64,000 nt of DNA from sequence record NC_042013.1. The stretch is one strand, 5' to 3'. The notes under the pieces were generated by a model that worked only from the letters and a program-made list of their open reading frames with translations, was not told the DNA's origin and searched no databases. Shown one piece after another: positions 9,300-18,869 of the stretch. Every line of letters begins with the position of its first letter. Position 1 is the stretch's first letter. The translations under genes and the position numbers were made by a program.

Positions 9300-9521
9300 T
9301 TAGTTAGAAGGGGTTTCTTCAGCAGACGCATTTTCAGTCGCTGCGGTTGCGTCTTGAGCAGCCTTGACGAAGGAAGCAAACTTGTCGCGAATCGAGCCAA
9401 CGCTCGAAAGTTCTTCGCCCTTGAAAGCACCACGCTGCGCAGCAGTATCAATAATAACTACGATGCTGGTAAGATCGGTAAGCGTGATTTGTGCAATATC
9501 AGAATTAGTTTCGGTTGTCAT
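9300..9521 (-). CDS. Small hypothetical protein (late)
   Basis: MTTETNSD..., GAGG RBS; host-like codon use. Confidence 0.7.
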   Translation of the reverse strand: MTTETNSDIAQITLTDLTSIVVIIDTAAQRGAFKGEELSSVGSIRDKFASFVKAAQDATAATENASAEETPSN

Positions 9522-9575
9522 TTTGAACCTCATTGTTAGTAACATATTTACTATATATTATTGAGGTTCAAAATG
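9519..9575 (-). promoter_or_regulatory. TAAATA late promoter inside a 14-bp RBS/AUG-occluding hairpin
   Basis: CATTTTGAACCTCA 9519-9532 / TGAGGTTCAAAATG 9562-9575; TATTTA 9545-9550. Confidence 0.8.
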
Positions 9576-9586
9576 TCAAAATTTAA

Positions 9587-10144
9587 TTAATGTTTATTTG
9601 GCTTTGAAATGAAAATTTTATCTGATGGCCAGTCGATATAATCAATCCAGCTACGATCAGCAACGTAAATTGGGTATTTCTTACGATTTTTTACCAATTG
9701 AAAATACGTTGGACGATATGGCAAGACATTAGGCTTTTGGCCTACCTTGTGACCTTTTTTGACGTTACATTCAGTACACGCAATAGATATGTTGTCCCAT
9801 TTCGTTTCGCCACCGTGAAAACGAGGATCAACGTGGTCTTGAGTTAACAACTCTTGATTTTCATATCCGTAGAAACCACAATACTGACAAGTGTAGTTGT
9901 CACGTAATAATAAATTTTCACGACAGAACGAAACAGATTTAGACACGTTGAAAAATTCACGTGTCATGACAACGCTTGGTACTTTCATTGTTGTACTCGG
10001 GCTGCTAACAACCCAATCATCATAAAACTCGATAATATCGACTTTATCAAGATAGTACGATTTAATCGCTTCATTCCAACTAACAGTAGCTAATGGTAAT
10101 ACGCTTATTGGACTACCGTCAGCATTTAAAATCAATGTAGTCAT
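9587..10144 (-). CDS. HNH endonuclease (McrA-like)
   Basis: LRDNYTCQYCG...TQDHVDPRFHGG...WDNISIACTECNVKKG. Confidence 0.9.
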   Translation of the reverse strand: MTTLILNADGSPISVLPLATVSWNEAIKSYYLDKVDIIEFYDDWVVSSPSTTMKVPSVVMTREFFNVSKSVSFCRENLLLRDNYTCQYCGFYGYENQELLTQDHVDPRFHGGETKWDNISIACTECNVKKGHKVGQKPNVLPYRPTYFQLVKNRKKYPIYVADRSWIDYIDWPSDKIFISKPNKH

Positions 10145-10177
10145 TTTTTCACACTATATCTGTTTTTATAAACGTAT

Positions 10178-10405
10178 TTATGGCCGATTGCAGTACCTAA
10201 CGATACTATCCGGTAAATTATAAGATGCCTCTTCCTCAACACGAATGATAGTTTCTAATTTATTAAAAAGAGTACATAACTCTTCTTTGTCATTACTAAT
10301 ATGTGCACGTGGCACTTTTGAAAAGATATTTGTTTCAGGTTGTACATTAGAATAGATGAACAACCCAAAACCAAATAACATTAGAACTATACATACGTAT
10401 CTCAT
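10178..10405 (-). CDS. Small membrane-anchored protein
   Basis: N-terminal hydrophobic helix; start ATG 10405. Confidence 0.55.
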   Translation of the reverse strand: MRYVCIVLMLFGFGLFIYSNVQPETNIFSKVPRAHISNDKEELCTLFNKLETIIRVEEEASYNLPDSIVRYCNRP

Positions 10406-10415
10406 TTTAACACCT

Positions 10416-11672
10416 TTAATGGTTTGAATACGCTTTAATAACAAATTTTCCTTTTTCCTCAAACATATGTGCGGTTGTCAAGTGGCCTCCTTTTCCAGAA
10501 CCGGTGTCGAGAAACACCACGCTGGAACCATCATCGTGATTGACGATGAAAGGTGAAATGTCACTTCTGATATCGTGGCCTACAATTGCTGATTTGCCTT
10601 TAAGCTCATCAACCCAATTGTAAAGACGCGTGGGGTATGAACCCTGCTTGTCCTCTTTGTCGGTTTCACCATAAACAGCTAAACTTTCAAGAAATCCATT
10701 CAATCTCGAGGTTTCAAATTTGAACATATCAATATGAGCGGCACCGTGGGTTAAGATGGTATCGCCAATGATAATATGATTTCTTGCCAATTCAACAACA
10801 CACGAAAATCGCGTTTCGAATTTCTTACGTTCTTTGAACGACATCTTCTCTACATAGTCCGTAGTCATTCTATTGCCATCAGACAATTTAACGGTAACTG
10901 CACCGCGCTTAGCTTGGTCAATCCAACGATATATTTTTCGTTCGTGATTCCCCAAAATCGCCGTTGCTTTACCTCTGGTCATCAAGTCATAGACAATATC
11001 AACGCAATCAATAGAGTCAGGGCCATAATCGATAATGTCACCAAGAAAAATCATATACATATTTCTTGCATTTGCCATATCGATTGCGGACTTTAAGGAC
11101 TCGCGCATACCGTGAATATCCGCTACAACCATTATTCCATTGAATGAAGAATTTCTAACGAAATCAGAGATATCACCGTATGGTGGTTTCTTGATGACAT
11201 CAAAATCCTCTTTTCTAAAATCAATAACAGTTGCAACGTGATCACCACGGAGGATGTCTTTTTCATTGGAAATGAAAACTTCTTCCATTCGATCAATTAT
11301 ATTACTATTTGATCTCCAGTCAGTGATTTTCTTTTTTTCTTCCATCGGGCGATTAACCACGATGTAAAAAATTGGAACATTCAATGAACGACCCAAATCG
11401 GTAAACGCTTGACGATCTCTCTTTTTAAGAAAAGTTGCGTCAAGAACTACACGTTCACCCATAGACAGTTTCAATGCTGCCCTATGTTCCATTTCTTTGA
11501 AAACAGCCCTAGCGTTATCATATGTTCTTGAAATGTCGCCATTAAACTCATAGCGAATAGCGTCGGAGCTAATGATTTCATAATCATCAAACTTGTTTTT
11601 TCCGAGAGTTGATTTTCCAGCGCCAGAAGGACCAACCATCATTACTAATGAATGTAACGGAATATTTTTCAT
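10416..11672 (-). CDS. Polynucleotide kinase-phosphatase (AAA_33 kinase plus metallophosphoesterase)
   Basis: GPSGAGKST, ISSDAIR, VLDAT; DIHG, GDIIDYGPDS, GNHE, GH, DTG. Confidence 0.9.
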   Translation of the reverse strand: MKNIPLHSLVMMVGPSGAGKSTLGKNKFDDYEIISSDAIRYEFNGDISRTYDNARAVFKEMEHRAALKLSMGERVVLDATFLKKRDRQAFTDLGRSLNVPIFYIVVNRPMEEKKKITDWRSNSNIIDRMEEVFISNEKDILRGDHVATVIDFRKEDFDVIKKPPYGDISDFVRNSSFNGIMVVADIHGMRESLKSAIDMANARNMYMIFLGDIIDYGPDSIDCVDIVYDLMTRGKATAILGNHERKIYRWIDQAKRGAVTVKLSDGNRMTTDYVEKMSFKERKKFETRFSCVVELARNHIIIGDTILTHGAAHIDMFKFETSRLNGFLESLAVYGETDKEDKQGSYPTRLYNWVDELKGKSAIVGHDIRSDISPFIVNHDDGSSVVFLDTGSGKGGHLTTAHMFEEKGKFVIKAYSNH

Positions 11673-11704
11673 GATGGTTGGTCCTTTCTCATATAAATTA
11701 ACCC

Positions 11705-12226
11705 TTACTTTATAACAGCATTTCCATTTTTGTCAATTTCAATCGTACCTTTCTTGATGCGAATTGAACCTTTTGTTGACTGGTGTTCTGGTCGTTCACG
11801 CGTCGTCCAAGGTGTGGAACAATCGATATGATTGAGGTAATAAGTTGAACCCTTGGCTTTTAATATCCACATCGGGACAACGTCAGGATACTGTAAGTGT
11901 TTTTTATTAAAATGAAATTCAATATTCCTTGCATTGTCAATAGTTAACGGGAATGTTTGAAAATGTTCGGTGATTTCATTTTCAATAGTAAATCTATTTG
12001 AAAGCTGTAATTTAGCCTCGTCTAACAACATCATCATTTTTCTACCCATCGCACGTGATAAGTTGAGACTCGTGGAGTCGGGATTCGTGTTAGTTCTCTG
12101 TAGTTCTTTATATTTCAATTTCTCGCTTCTGATATTTTGAGAAATCTTTTTATAATTGCGTTTCCACTTAGAAACCCAAGCGCGGTAATCTTCTACAGAA
12201 TTGATTTTAGGTGCAAGATCGGTCAT
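11705..12226 (-). CDS. Hypothetical protein
   Basis: ORF in operon; N-terminal coiled coil. Confidence 0.7.
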   Translation of the reverse strand: MTDLAPKINSVEDYRAWVSKWKRNYKKISQNIRSEKLKYKELQRTNTNPDSTSLNLSRAMGRKMMMLLDEAKLQLSNRFTIENEITEHFQTFPLTIDNARNIEFHFNKKHLQYPDVVPMWILKAKGSTYYLNHIDCSTPWTTRERPEHQSTKGSIRIKKGTIEIDKNGNAVIK

Positions 12227-12555
12227 TTTGTTACTCCATTGAAAGTTATAGCGAAAGCAAGCGCAGATGATGATTCTTCGAAATAATAAGCATCCTGACC
12301 GGTATTATACCAATACCTACCGGTTGTTTCTGAAAGCCATTTTTTTATTTCTACCGATTTTTCATATGACGGCTTAACTGGAAGATATATGGTTTTATGA
12401 TCAGGCCAAGTTTCACGAAGGACTTTTGCCCAAGCTTTATCTCCCCACAAATTTGATATAGGCGGGGTGAATTGTGTAACGGGACCGAGAGTCTCGTCGT
12501 TCATAACTTCCATATATTTTTGAATTGCTAATTTCTTACGTTCTATGATGTTCAT
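12223..12555 (-). CDS. Small paralogue-family protein (FE...ALAF motif)
   Basis: Ends YYFEESSSALAFAITF; ATGA overlaps. Confidence 0.7.
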   Translation of the reverse strand: MNIIERKKLAIQKYMEVMNDETLGPVTQFTPPISNLWGDKAWAKVLRETWPDHKTIYLPVKPSYEKSVEIKKWLSETTGRYWYNTGQDAYYFEESSSALAFAITFNGVTK

Positions 12556-13001
12556 CGGACAACTCCAAATCGTTTGGTAATATTATGCGCCTGTTCTTTG
12601 GTGCACGGACCAATACCTACAGCCGTAATAATAGGATTACCATCAAAATGAGGGAGCATTACGTGTCCACTATCGATAACGAGATTCGCAATCAATCCTT
12701 GAGACAACGCCTCTTCGTATGCACGAAGAATTGCATTTTCATTTTTTGCTTTTAAAATGATTTGGGTTCCGATAAAATCTTTACCCTGATATGTAAGGGC
12801 TAGATTTCGATCTTGAGCATATGCCTTGAGGAGGCAATTCTTTGACGCGTGGCACGCTTGGCTTGCAAGCTTTCCTGCTGTCATTTCAAGATCATCGCGA
12901 ACGATGGAGTATATTCTTAATTTGTCGGATGCTTCGACAAATTGTTCTTCAGTTTCGTATCCAAGTTCTTCATAATTAATTCAAAAGTGTTCGCCAATCA
13001 T
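12552..13001 (-). CDS. Peptidyl-tRNA hydrolase, Pth2 family (in-frame UGA at codon 7 from the best start)
   Basis: IVRDDLEMTAGKLASQACHA...QIILKA...VIDSG...TAVGIGP; GAAAGG-N8-ATG at 13001; TGA at 12983-12981. Confidence 0.85.
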
Positions 13002-13031
13002 TGTATTACCTTTCTATGTTGGTTGTTGTTT

Positions 13032-13067
13032 ACGTATCCAATCTATTATACTAAATTGGATACGTCA
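13032..13067 (-). promoter_or_regulatory. Perfect 11-bp inverted repeat over the putative pth2 promoter
   Basis: ACGTATCCAAT 13032-13042 / ATTGGATACGT 13055-13065; TTGACG 13067-13062; no U-tract. Confidence 0.6.
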
Positions 13068-13072
13068 ATATA

Positions 13073-13519
13073 TTATTTTAGTTTATCTGCTAATTTTTGA
13101 ACGAAAATCTTATGCGATCTACGACAAATGTTAAGAGCAGTATCGATATCGTACCATTCAGGAATGCCCTCGAAGTCTGGACGTAATTTAGAACGATCAC
13201 GAGTTTCCATAGCAAAAACGTGCATTTCATATGTTCTGTCAAGGCCGGTAATTTTTTCAGTCATTAACTTATTAACTGATACAAATGACGTAATACCTGT
13301 TTCCTCAGAAACCTCTCTACGGGCGCAAGATTCAGGTGTATCGCCCGCATCTGGATTTCCCTTAGGAACAGACGGCTTGTCACCACCATATGCAGGATCA
13401 GTAGGAGTAACCAAACATACATATACGACATCGTCTTCGATACAATAAGGAATACCACCAGCTTTCCAACGCTCATCTTTTTTGATTCCAGCGAGCTTTT
13501 TAAGTTTGTCAATATTCAT
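13073..13519 (-). CDS. Nudix hydrolase (Ap4A-hydrolase-like)
   Basis: VPKGNPDAGDTPESCARREVSEETG. Confidence 0.85.
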   Translation of the reverse strand: MNIDKLKKLAGIKKDERWKAGGIPYCIEDDVVYVCLVTPTDPAYGGDKPSVPKGNPDAGDTPESCARREVSEETGITSFVSVNKLMTEKITGLDRTYEMHVFAMETRDRSKLRPDFEGIPEWYDIDTALNICRRSHKIFVQKLADKLK

Positions 13520-13521
13520 TT

Positions 13522-13830
13522 TTAATTTCTTTCTATATTACATTCATATCTAAGAACGAATTGTAAGGCATCATCCGAGTCTTCAAATGCTACACCAACA
13601 GAATATGCGCAATGTGAATACCACCCCACACGTTCATATTTATTCTCGCAGTATTCTTCAAGAAATGCCATCATTTCTTTCATGATATCCGCGTTATAGC
13701 GAGACATTTTTACAAGAGTGTAACCGGGGAATTTCTTTTTAATATGCTCTGGAAAGTTACTATCCTCCCAATCATATTCATCAATATCCCAAACGTCGTC
13801 TTCAATGTCATTATCTAAGTCTAAAGTCAT
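13522..13830 (-). CDS. Small paralogue-family protein
   Basis: Ends VGVAFEDSDDALQFVLRY. Confidence 0.7.
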   Translation of the reverse strand: MTLDLDNDIEDDVWDIDEYDWEDSNFPEHIKKKFPGYTLVKMSRYNADIMKEMMAFLEEYCENKYERVGWYSHCAYSVGVAFEDSDDALQFVLRYECNIERN

Positions 13831-13837
13831 AATTTAT

Positions 13838-13885
13838 CTCCATAAAAATTAGTTGCTATCTTGTGAATAACAATATTCTATGGAG
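13838..13885 (-). promoter_or_regulatory. RBS-occluding hairpin
   Basis: Minus strand CTCCATAGAA...TTTTATGGAG (10 bp with one GU) covers the GGAG RBS; TAGAAT -10-like box in the 5' arm. Confidence 0.55.
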
Positions 13886-13898
13886 GTTTAAAAACGAT

Positions 13899-14219
13899 TC
13901 ACTTCATCTTTTTTCCTTTCAATGATATTTCAACCCCTATGGACGGATCATTAAAATATAAAAATTTACCAAACAAGTACCATTCAGCATCATCATTCCA
14001 AATTTCGGTACTCTTCCATGTTCCAAACTTACCGTTAACGTCATTAACGACACGAACCATCGGTTCACCATATTTTTTACTCAGTATGATTCGTAAAATT
14101 TTTGTTGGAACTTCAACAATTTTTAAGTGCAAACAAGTATCAAATCTTTCTTCTGCGATATTAATATATTTGCCTTTTGGTTTCTGATATTTATCAGGCT
14201 TATAATACTTACAAGTCAT
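13899..14219 (-). CDS. Hypothetical protein (possible distant paralogue-family member)
   Basis: Ends FLYFNDPSIGVEISLK. Confidence 0.6.
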   Translation of the reverse strand: MTCKYYKPDKYQKPKGKYINIAEERFDTCLHLKIVEVPTKILRIILSKKYGEPMVRVVNDVNGKFGTWKSTEIWNDDAEWYLFGKFLYFNDPSIGVEISLKGKKMK

Positions 14220-14673
14220 CCTCTATAACCTCAACGTCAAATCCCATAAATTCTTCATAAGGCAATTCAAATATGCAACCGATCTCTTCTTTGTCGTTAG
14301 CTTCCATGATTTTAAAAATGAATTTACCAAATATTTTGCCTTTAATATTTGGAGAACATTTAACCAGTTTTAATACATAGCTTTCGTCAAAGTCCGCGAT
14401 TACAGGAGTCCACGTGGAATCGCTACGTTCATAAAGAGGATTAGGTACTGTTTTATTAAAATACTGTTCAGTAAAAACGGTTTCCCCATTTTCATCAGTC
14501 ACTATTTGTCCATTGTCATCTCTAACAACTTTTTTACCACGTGACACCTGAATCATACCGGCAACGCCCATTTCCCGAAGGAGGACAAGATTATTATCAC
14601 ACCATTCAAGAGGTACGCTAATTGGACTTTTTATTCTAAATTTACTGCCAACGTGAGGGATGAAAACTTTCAT
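14209..14673 (-). CDS. Hypothetical protein
   Basis: ORF overlapping both neighbours in operon. Confidence 0.65.
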   Translation of the reverse strand: MKVFIPHVGSKFRIKSPISVPLEWCDNNLVLLREMGVAGMIQVSRGKKVVRDDNGQIVTDENGETVFTEQYFNKTVPNPLYERSDSTWTPVIADFDESYVLKLVKCSPNIKGKIFGKFIFKIMEANDKEEIGCIFELPYEEFMGFDVEVIEDDL

Positions 14674-15863
14674 TCTTCATCCCCCATTCTAGCACCACCA
14701 ATCAAAAACCTATGATTTTCAACCTGCGTTTTAGAAAAAATGTATTTCAACATCATAGCCTTAATTTCGCCTATTACGGTATTGTAATCGCAATTATAAC
14801 GATACGTATTCATATAGAACGAACGAAATTGTGATTCATTGATCTCGTCAACAACAGAATTGAATTTTTTGGCATCAAACGGATGAGTAGCTTTGTACTT
14901 TTCAACAAAATCCACTATTTGCTTTGCCTTAGAGACAATGTTAGTATGGATTTCTTTTTCAAATTTCTCAATCGTTTCACGTAGTTCGCCCTTCAACACC
15001 GCTTTCACGTCATCAATGGTATCATTCAAAATCATTTCAATTACGTCTTTTTCGAAGATGCAATTTTCAATAGCTTTATGGATTCGGCAGTACCAATCAG
15101 TTTTTATCTTAACCATAAGGCCATTTTCAAAACGAATTACAACACCTTCGATGTCTTCCTCGTTTCTAAGAGTTTCGACAAAATCGTTAATGTTTTCGAA
15201 TTTATGTGTTACCTTTACCACGTCTGCAAGTTTGTGGTTAATAGCAAACCTCCACAGGTTATCATAATTGAAATATCTCCCGGTTTCATTATCTCTAATG
15301 GCCGTCAAAATCATACGTGGCTTTACATAATCAAGTACCACCCGATTTTCTAACGAGCAATATTCGAAAATAGGTGTCAGGTTTACCTTCTGACAATAGA
15401 ATGCGAAATTATGAATATCGCTACCTTCAGGAGCGAATTTCTCTACCAATGGAGAAATTTCAGTATATCCTGCCTTCGTACACCAGTACAAAACATCATT
15501 GACGACTACAGGATGGATCATGGACCCATCTACTTTTTCAAGAGCATGATTTGGAACCGTCCAATCAATTTTATCGACTTGTACGGTAGAATCCTCATTT
15601 AGATTCTTAAACTTATGATACGGCCTTGACAGAATTTTTCCGGTTTCAATATCGAATTTTAAACCACGACATTCTTGTATAAGAAGACGCCTTTCTCGTT
15701 CGGCAGGTTCTAAATCGTCCGTTATTGGAAGAAACGTTTCATTGGTTTTATATGTGTAGATAACCGTTCCAAAACCACGTTCTACGTCAAGATTGACAAC
15801 AAAGAACTCATTATCTTTGATGGCCTCGAGAATTGGTTCAACCGTGTTTAAAATAGCAAACAT
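14670..15863 (-). CDS. RNA ligase 1 (T4 Rnl1-like)
   Basis: ECRGLKF, SRPYHKFKN, EKVDGS, TPIFE, EGVVI, VKIKTDWY. Confidence 0.9.
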   Translation of the reverse strand: MFAILNTVEPILEAIKDNEFFVVNLDVERGFGTVIYTYKTNETFLPITDDLEPAERERRLLIQECRGLKFDIETGKILSRPYHKFKNLNEDSTVQVDKIDWTVPNHALEKVDGSMIHPVVVNDVLYWCTKAGYTEISPLVEKFAPEGSDIHNFAFYCQKVNLTPIFEYCSLENRVVLDYVKPRMILTAIRDNETGRYFNYDNLWRFAINHKLADVVKVTHKFENINDFVETLRNEEDIEGVVIRFENGLMVKIKTDWYCRIHKAIENCIFEKDVIEMILNDTIDDVKAVLKGELRETIEKFEKEIHTNIVSKAKQIVDFVEKYKATHPFDAKKFNSVVDEINESQFRSFYMNTYRYNCDYNTVIGEIKAMMLKYIFSKTQVENHRFLIGGARMGDEE

Positions 15864-15912
15864 ATAAAACTCCTTTGTTGAATTATTTTATAACCCATTA
15901 TCGGTTAAGAAG

Positions 15913-16197
15913 TCAAATATATTCGTCCATTAATAAAATAGAAAGCGCCTCGGCTTCGTCCTCGATATATATTACCGCTATTATATCATCTTCACCCATC
16001 GTCAATTCGAAATAATATTCGCATTCTAAGTAGTTGTCGAGATGTGATCTTACCAAACGATTTTTATATGCTTGTGTCGTTACGTTATCTGAAATTTTTT
16101 TGACAACACGAATCCAATTTTTATTGATATTAGAATCGATTGTTCCTTTGCGCATATATTTTAGTAATTGATGTTTTGGAAGCGAATTAAGAAACAT
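15913..16197 (-). CDS. Small paralogue-family protein
   Basis: Start MFLNSL at 16197; ends IYIEDEAEALSILLM. Confidence 0.6.
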   Translation of the reverse strand: MFLNSLPKHQLLKYMRKGTIDSNINKNWIRVVKKISDNVTTQAYKNRLVRSHLDNYLECEYYFELTMGEDDIIAVIYIEDEAEALSILLMDEYI

Positions 16198-16219
16198 AAT
16201 ATAAACCCTAGAAGTAATA

Positions 16220-16243
16220 AAGGGGCAGTATAACCTGCCCCTT
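16220..16243. terminator. Intrinsic terminator after the VWA gene
   Basis: AAGGGGCAG-TATAAC-CTGCCCCTT. Confidence 0.8.
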
Positions 16244-16252
16244 TGTCGTTCG

Positions 16253-17542
16253 TCAATATTTGTCGTAAAAAGCGGTTTCGCCAAAACCTGGGTCAAATGC
16301 GTCGTAGTTACTATGAATAACGAACAACGTCTTCGTCCATTCTTCGTGCGCAAGGCCGCAATCGCCGCCGTCATAACCGTCCGTGAACATAATGAAGCAC
16401 TTAGGTTCAATTGGCGAAAGATCATCAAAGCCGTGGCTAGATGGGTCTTTCATAAATTCCCAATTCGAGGTGAAGTACGTGCCGCCGCCGCCTTCTGGAA
16501 CATAATCCATAATTTCATCAAGGTTATGCGGAGTAAACAGCTTAGGCTGATATACTCGGGTATCGAACGTCCAAAGCCAAAGATTGAAATCTTCGAACTC
16601 GTCCATAATGCCCTTAACCTCAGAAAGGAAGTCCGTAAGCATTTCGTTAGTCATCGAACCGGAGGTATCGATAGACACCGCAACGTCAATGGTATCAACA
16701 TTGCGAACACCCGGCAGAATAACGCCAAGATGCCAAGAACGCTTAGATGGGTTAGAGAACGAATAGTCGCCCTTAACGGTGCTCTTGATATGAACACTCA
16801 AGAGTGCACGCCAATCCATCTTCGGAGTGTTAAGATCATCAAGGTAACGCTGCATAAAGCCCGGTACGTCACCAGCCGACATAGACTGTGCGGCAGTCAT
16901 CATCTGCTGCATAATGTCATTGCGAATCTGGTTAATATCCTCTTCAGTAAGCTTCGGAGGACCGTCAGGACCGCCAGCAATAGAAACCGTTACCGAATTA
17001 CTGCTCTTACCTTTACCATCCTTACCATCGTCACCTTCAGATGCGTCAAGATGGTCGTCCATTGGAATTTCAATCTTGATCTGGTTGTCGATAAGGTAAG
17101 CATAAATTTCATCGGCAGACATCTCGTCCGTAAAACGATCATCAAGAAGAATGTTTGCATTTGTTGGCGGAACACCAAATGCTTCCTTCTTAAGAATGTA
17201 ATTAACGAGATAGTCGGTTGCCATACCCCAAACCTGAATGTCGCGGGTTCCGCGTCGACCAAGGTGGTCAAGGCAAAGATGAAGAATCTGGTGACCGAAT
17301 ACGAATTTCAGGTTATCAAGTGTAAGCTGAGAAGCCCAATGGAAGTTGTAGTAAAACTTACGACCGTCCGTCGAGCAAGTACGGCACCAAGAAGATGCTT
17401 CGCACAGTTCAAGCTGTGCAATGATAGAGCCAAGGAATGGCTTCTTGAAAAGGAGGTGGAAACGTGCGCGAACCATTTGTTCTTCAAGCGCATCAATCGC
17501 TTCACGTGGAATTTTGGTAGGTGCTTTAACTTCTTCGGTCAC
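16253..17542 (-). CDS. DUF2201-type metallopeptidase-like plus VWA (MIDAS) protein
   Basis: STDG, GHQILH...H (HExxH variant), DTSGS...GGGT...TDG. Confidence 0.85.
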   Translation of the reverse strand: MTEEVKAPTKIPREAIDALEEQMVRARFHLLFKKPFLGSIIAQLELCEASSWCRTCSTDGRKFYYNFHWASQLTLDNLKFVFGHQILHLCLDHLGRRGTRDIQVWGMATDYLVNYILKKEAFGVPPTNANILLDDRFTDEMSADEIYAYLIDNQIKIEIPMDDHLDASEGDDGKDGKGKSSNSVTVSIAGGPDGPPKLTEEDINQIRNDIMQQMMTAAQSMSAGDVPGFMQRYLDDLNTPKMDWRALLSVHIKSTVKGDYSFSNPSKRSWHLGVILPGVRNVDTIDVAVSIDTSGSMTNEMLTDFLSEVKGIMDEFEDFNLWLWTFDTRVYQPKLFTPHNLDEIMDYVPEGGGGTYFTSNWEFMKDPSSHGFDDLSPIEPKCFIMFTDGYDGGDCGLAHEEWTKTLFVIHSNYDAFDPGFGETAFYDKY

Positions 17543-17570
17543 TTCATATTCCTTTCGTTATTAACAAAAT

Positions 17571-17608
17571 AAAGTAGGGCCAGCAACTACTCTAACTGGC
17601 CCTACTTT
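17571..17608 (-). terminator. Intrinsic terminator between AAA and VWA genes
   Basis: 13-bp stem AAAGTAGGGCCAG / CTGGCCCTACTTT, followed by TTTATTTTGTT on the minus strand. Confidence 0.75.
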
Positions 17609-17615
17609 TATCGGA

Positions 17616-18869
17616 TTACTGCTGGATTGCGTCGAAAAGCATATCCTTGTAATCGCGAGTGAAACGTTCCCGGTACTGTGGAACCTTCTTCGGGCTAAGG
17701 TTGATAGCATAGTTGCTAAAGAAAATCTTGGCGGAAAGACCAATCAATTCCTTTGCAAAGTTATCCTGAATGAAACCAAAGAAATTGTCAACCTTTTTGA
17801 AGAACTCATCTTCAACAGCTTCAATTTTCTTGTCGCCGTTCTTCTTGGTTTCGAGCTTCTTAGCGTCTTCCAGTTCCTTAAGCTGGTAGCAAAGGCTAAT
17901 TGCCAGTGCGCGCTGAAGGGATGCGTCAAGCTTCTGGTCGAGGCGCTTGATTTCTCCGTTCAAGATACCGGTAGGATTAGGCAGCTTGATCGAATTACGG
18001 AAGTGGGTGAGGAAGGTATTACCAACCGTATCACCAACCGTGCCGCAAATGATGGCCGTAAGAACCGAATCAGGAACCGCAACGTCGTCGTTAAGAACGT
18101 TAGATGCTGCCTCCCAAGAACGCGGCGATGCGAACGCATAGCTTGAAGACTTGCTGTCGAAGTTGTTCAGGTCAGCGCGGTGCGTATCAAGGTAAGAAAC
18201 AACCGCAGGGTGGAACTTCTTATCAATCGCGTGGTTGAAGAAATCTTCCCACTTTACCTTGAGTTCAAGGTGATAGAAACGGTTCTTCAACGGTCCAAGC
18301 ATCTCGAAGGTGCCACCCTTATCTTCGCGGCGGTTACCAGCCGCAATAACGAAAACGTTGTCAGGGAGGCGATAGCTACCGAGTTCGCCGTCGAGAACAA
18401 GCTGATATGCCGCGTTCTGAACCATCGGAGGAGCGTTGGAAAGTTCGTCAAGGAACACGATTGCGCCGTCAAAATATTCGCTTTCGCCTTCTTCACCGGT
18501 CAATTCAAAAACGTTCTTCTTGATCTTTGCCGTACGAACGCCAGCATCTGCTCGTGGGAAAATTTCAGGAGTTGCCCACTGTACGACCATTTCATCGAGG
18601 TCTTCCTTCTTATAAGGAACCGGAATACCGCGAAGGTCGGTAGGATCAGTCTGTGGAAGGCGAAGGTCGATAAGCTTGTAATTCTTCGAACGTGCAAGCT
18701 CGGCAACAATAGCAGACTTACCCGCGCCCGCACCGCCCCAAACGTAAATACCAAAGCGCTTCTTGCCAAGGCGAATGTTGGTAGCAACCGTGCTAAGAAG
18801 CTTGTTGAGAGAAACAACGAGTTCCGATGGGGTTACCTGTGCGAGATTCTGAGTAGTTGTTTTAGACAT
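17616..18869 (-). CDS. MoxR-like AAA+ ATPase (AAA_5)
   Basis: GGAGAGKS, DLRGIP, FLDELS, AAGNR, LKNRF, SPRSWE; start ATG 18869. Confidence 0.9.
   Translation of the reverse strand: MSKTTTQNLAQVTPSELVVSLNKLLSTVATNIRLGKKRFGIYVWGGAGAGKSAIVAELARSKNYKLIDLRLPQTDPTDLRGIPVPYKKEDLDEMVVQWATPEIFPRADAGVRTAKIKKNVFELTGEEGESEYFDGAIVFLDELSNAPPMVQNAAYQLVLDGELGSYRLPDNVFVIAAGNRREDKGGTFEMLGPLKNRFYHLELKVKWEDFFNHAIDKKFHPAVVSYLDTHRADLNNFDSKSSSYAFASPRSWEAASNVLNDDVAVPDSVLTAIICGTVGDTVGNTFLTHFRNSIKLPNPTGILNGEIKRLDQKLDASLQRALAISLCYQLKELEDAKKLETKKNGDKKIEAVEDEFFKKVDNFFGFIQDNFAKELIGLSAKIFFSNYAINLSPKKVPQYRERFTRDYKDMLFDAIQQ

Noticed and set aside
16313-17572. 419-aa plus-strand ORF antisense to the VWA gene
   Set aside because: Shadow ORF expected from biased codon use of the real minus-strand gene; no RBS or recognisable motifs
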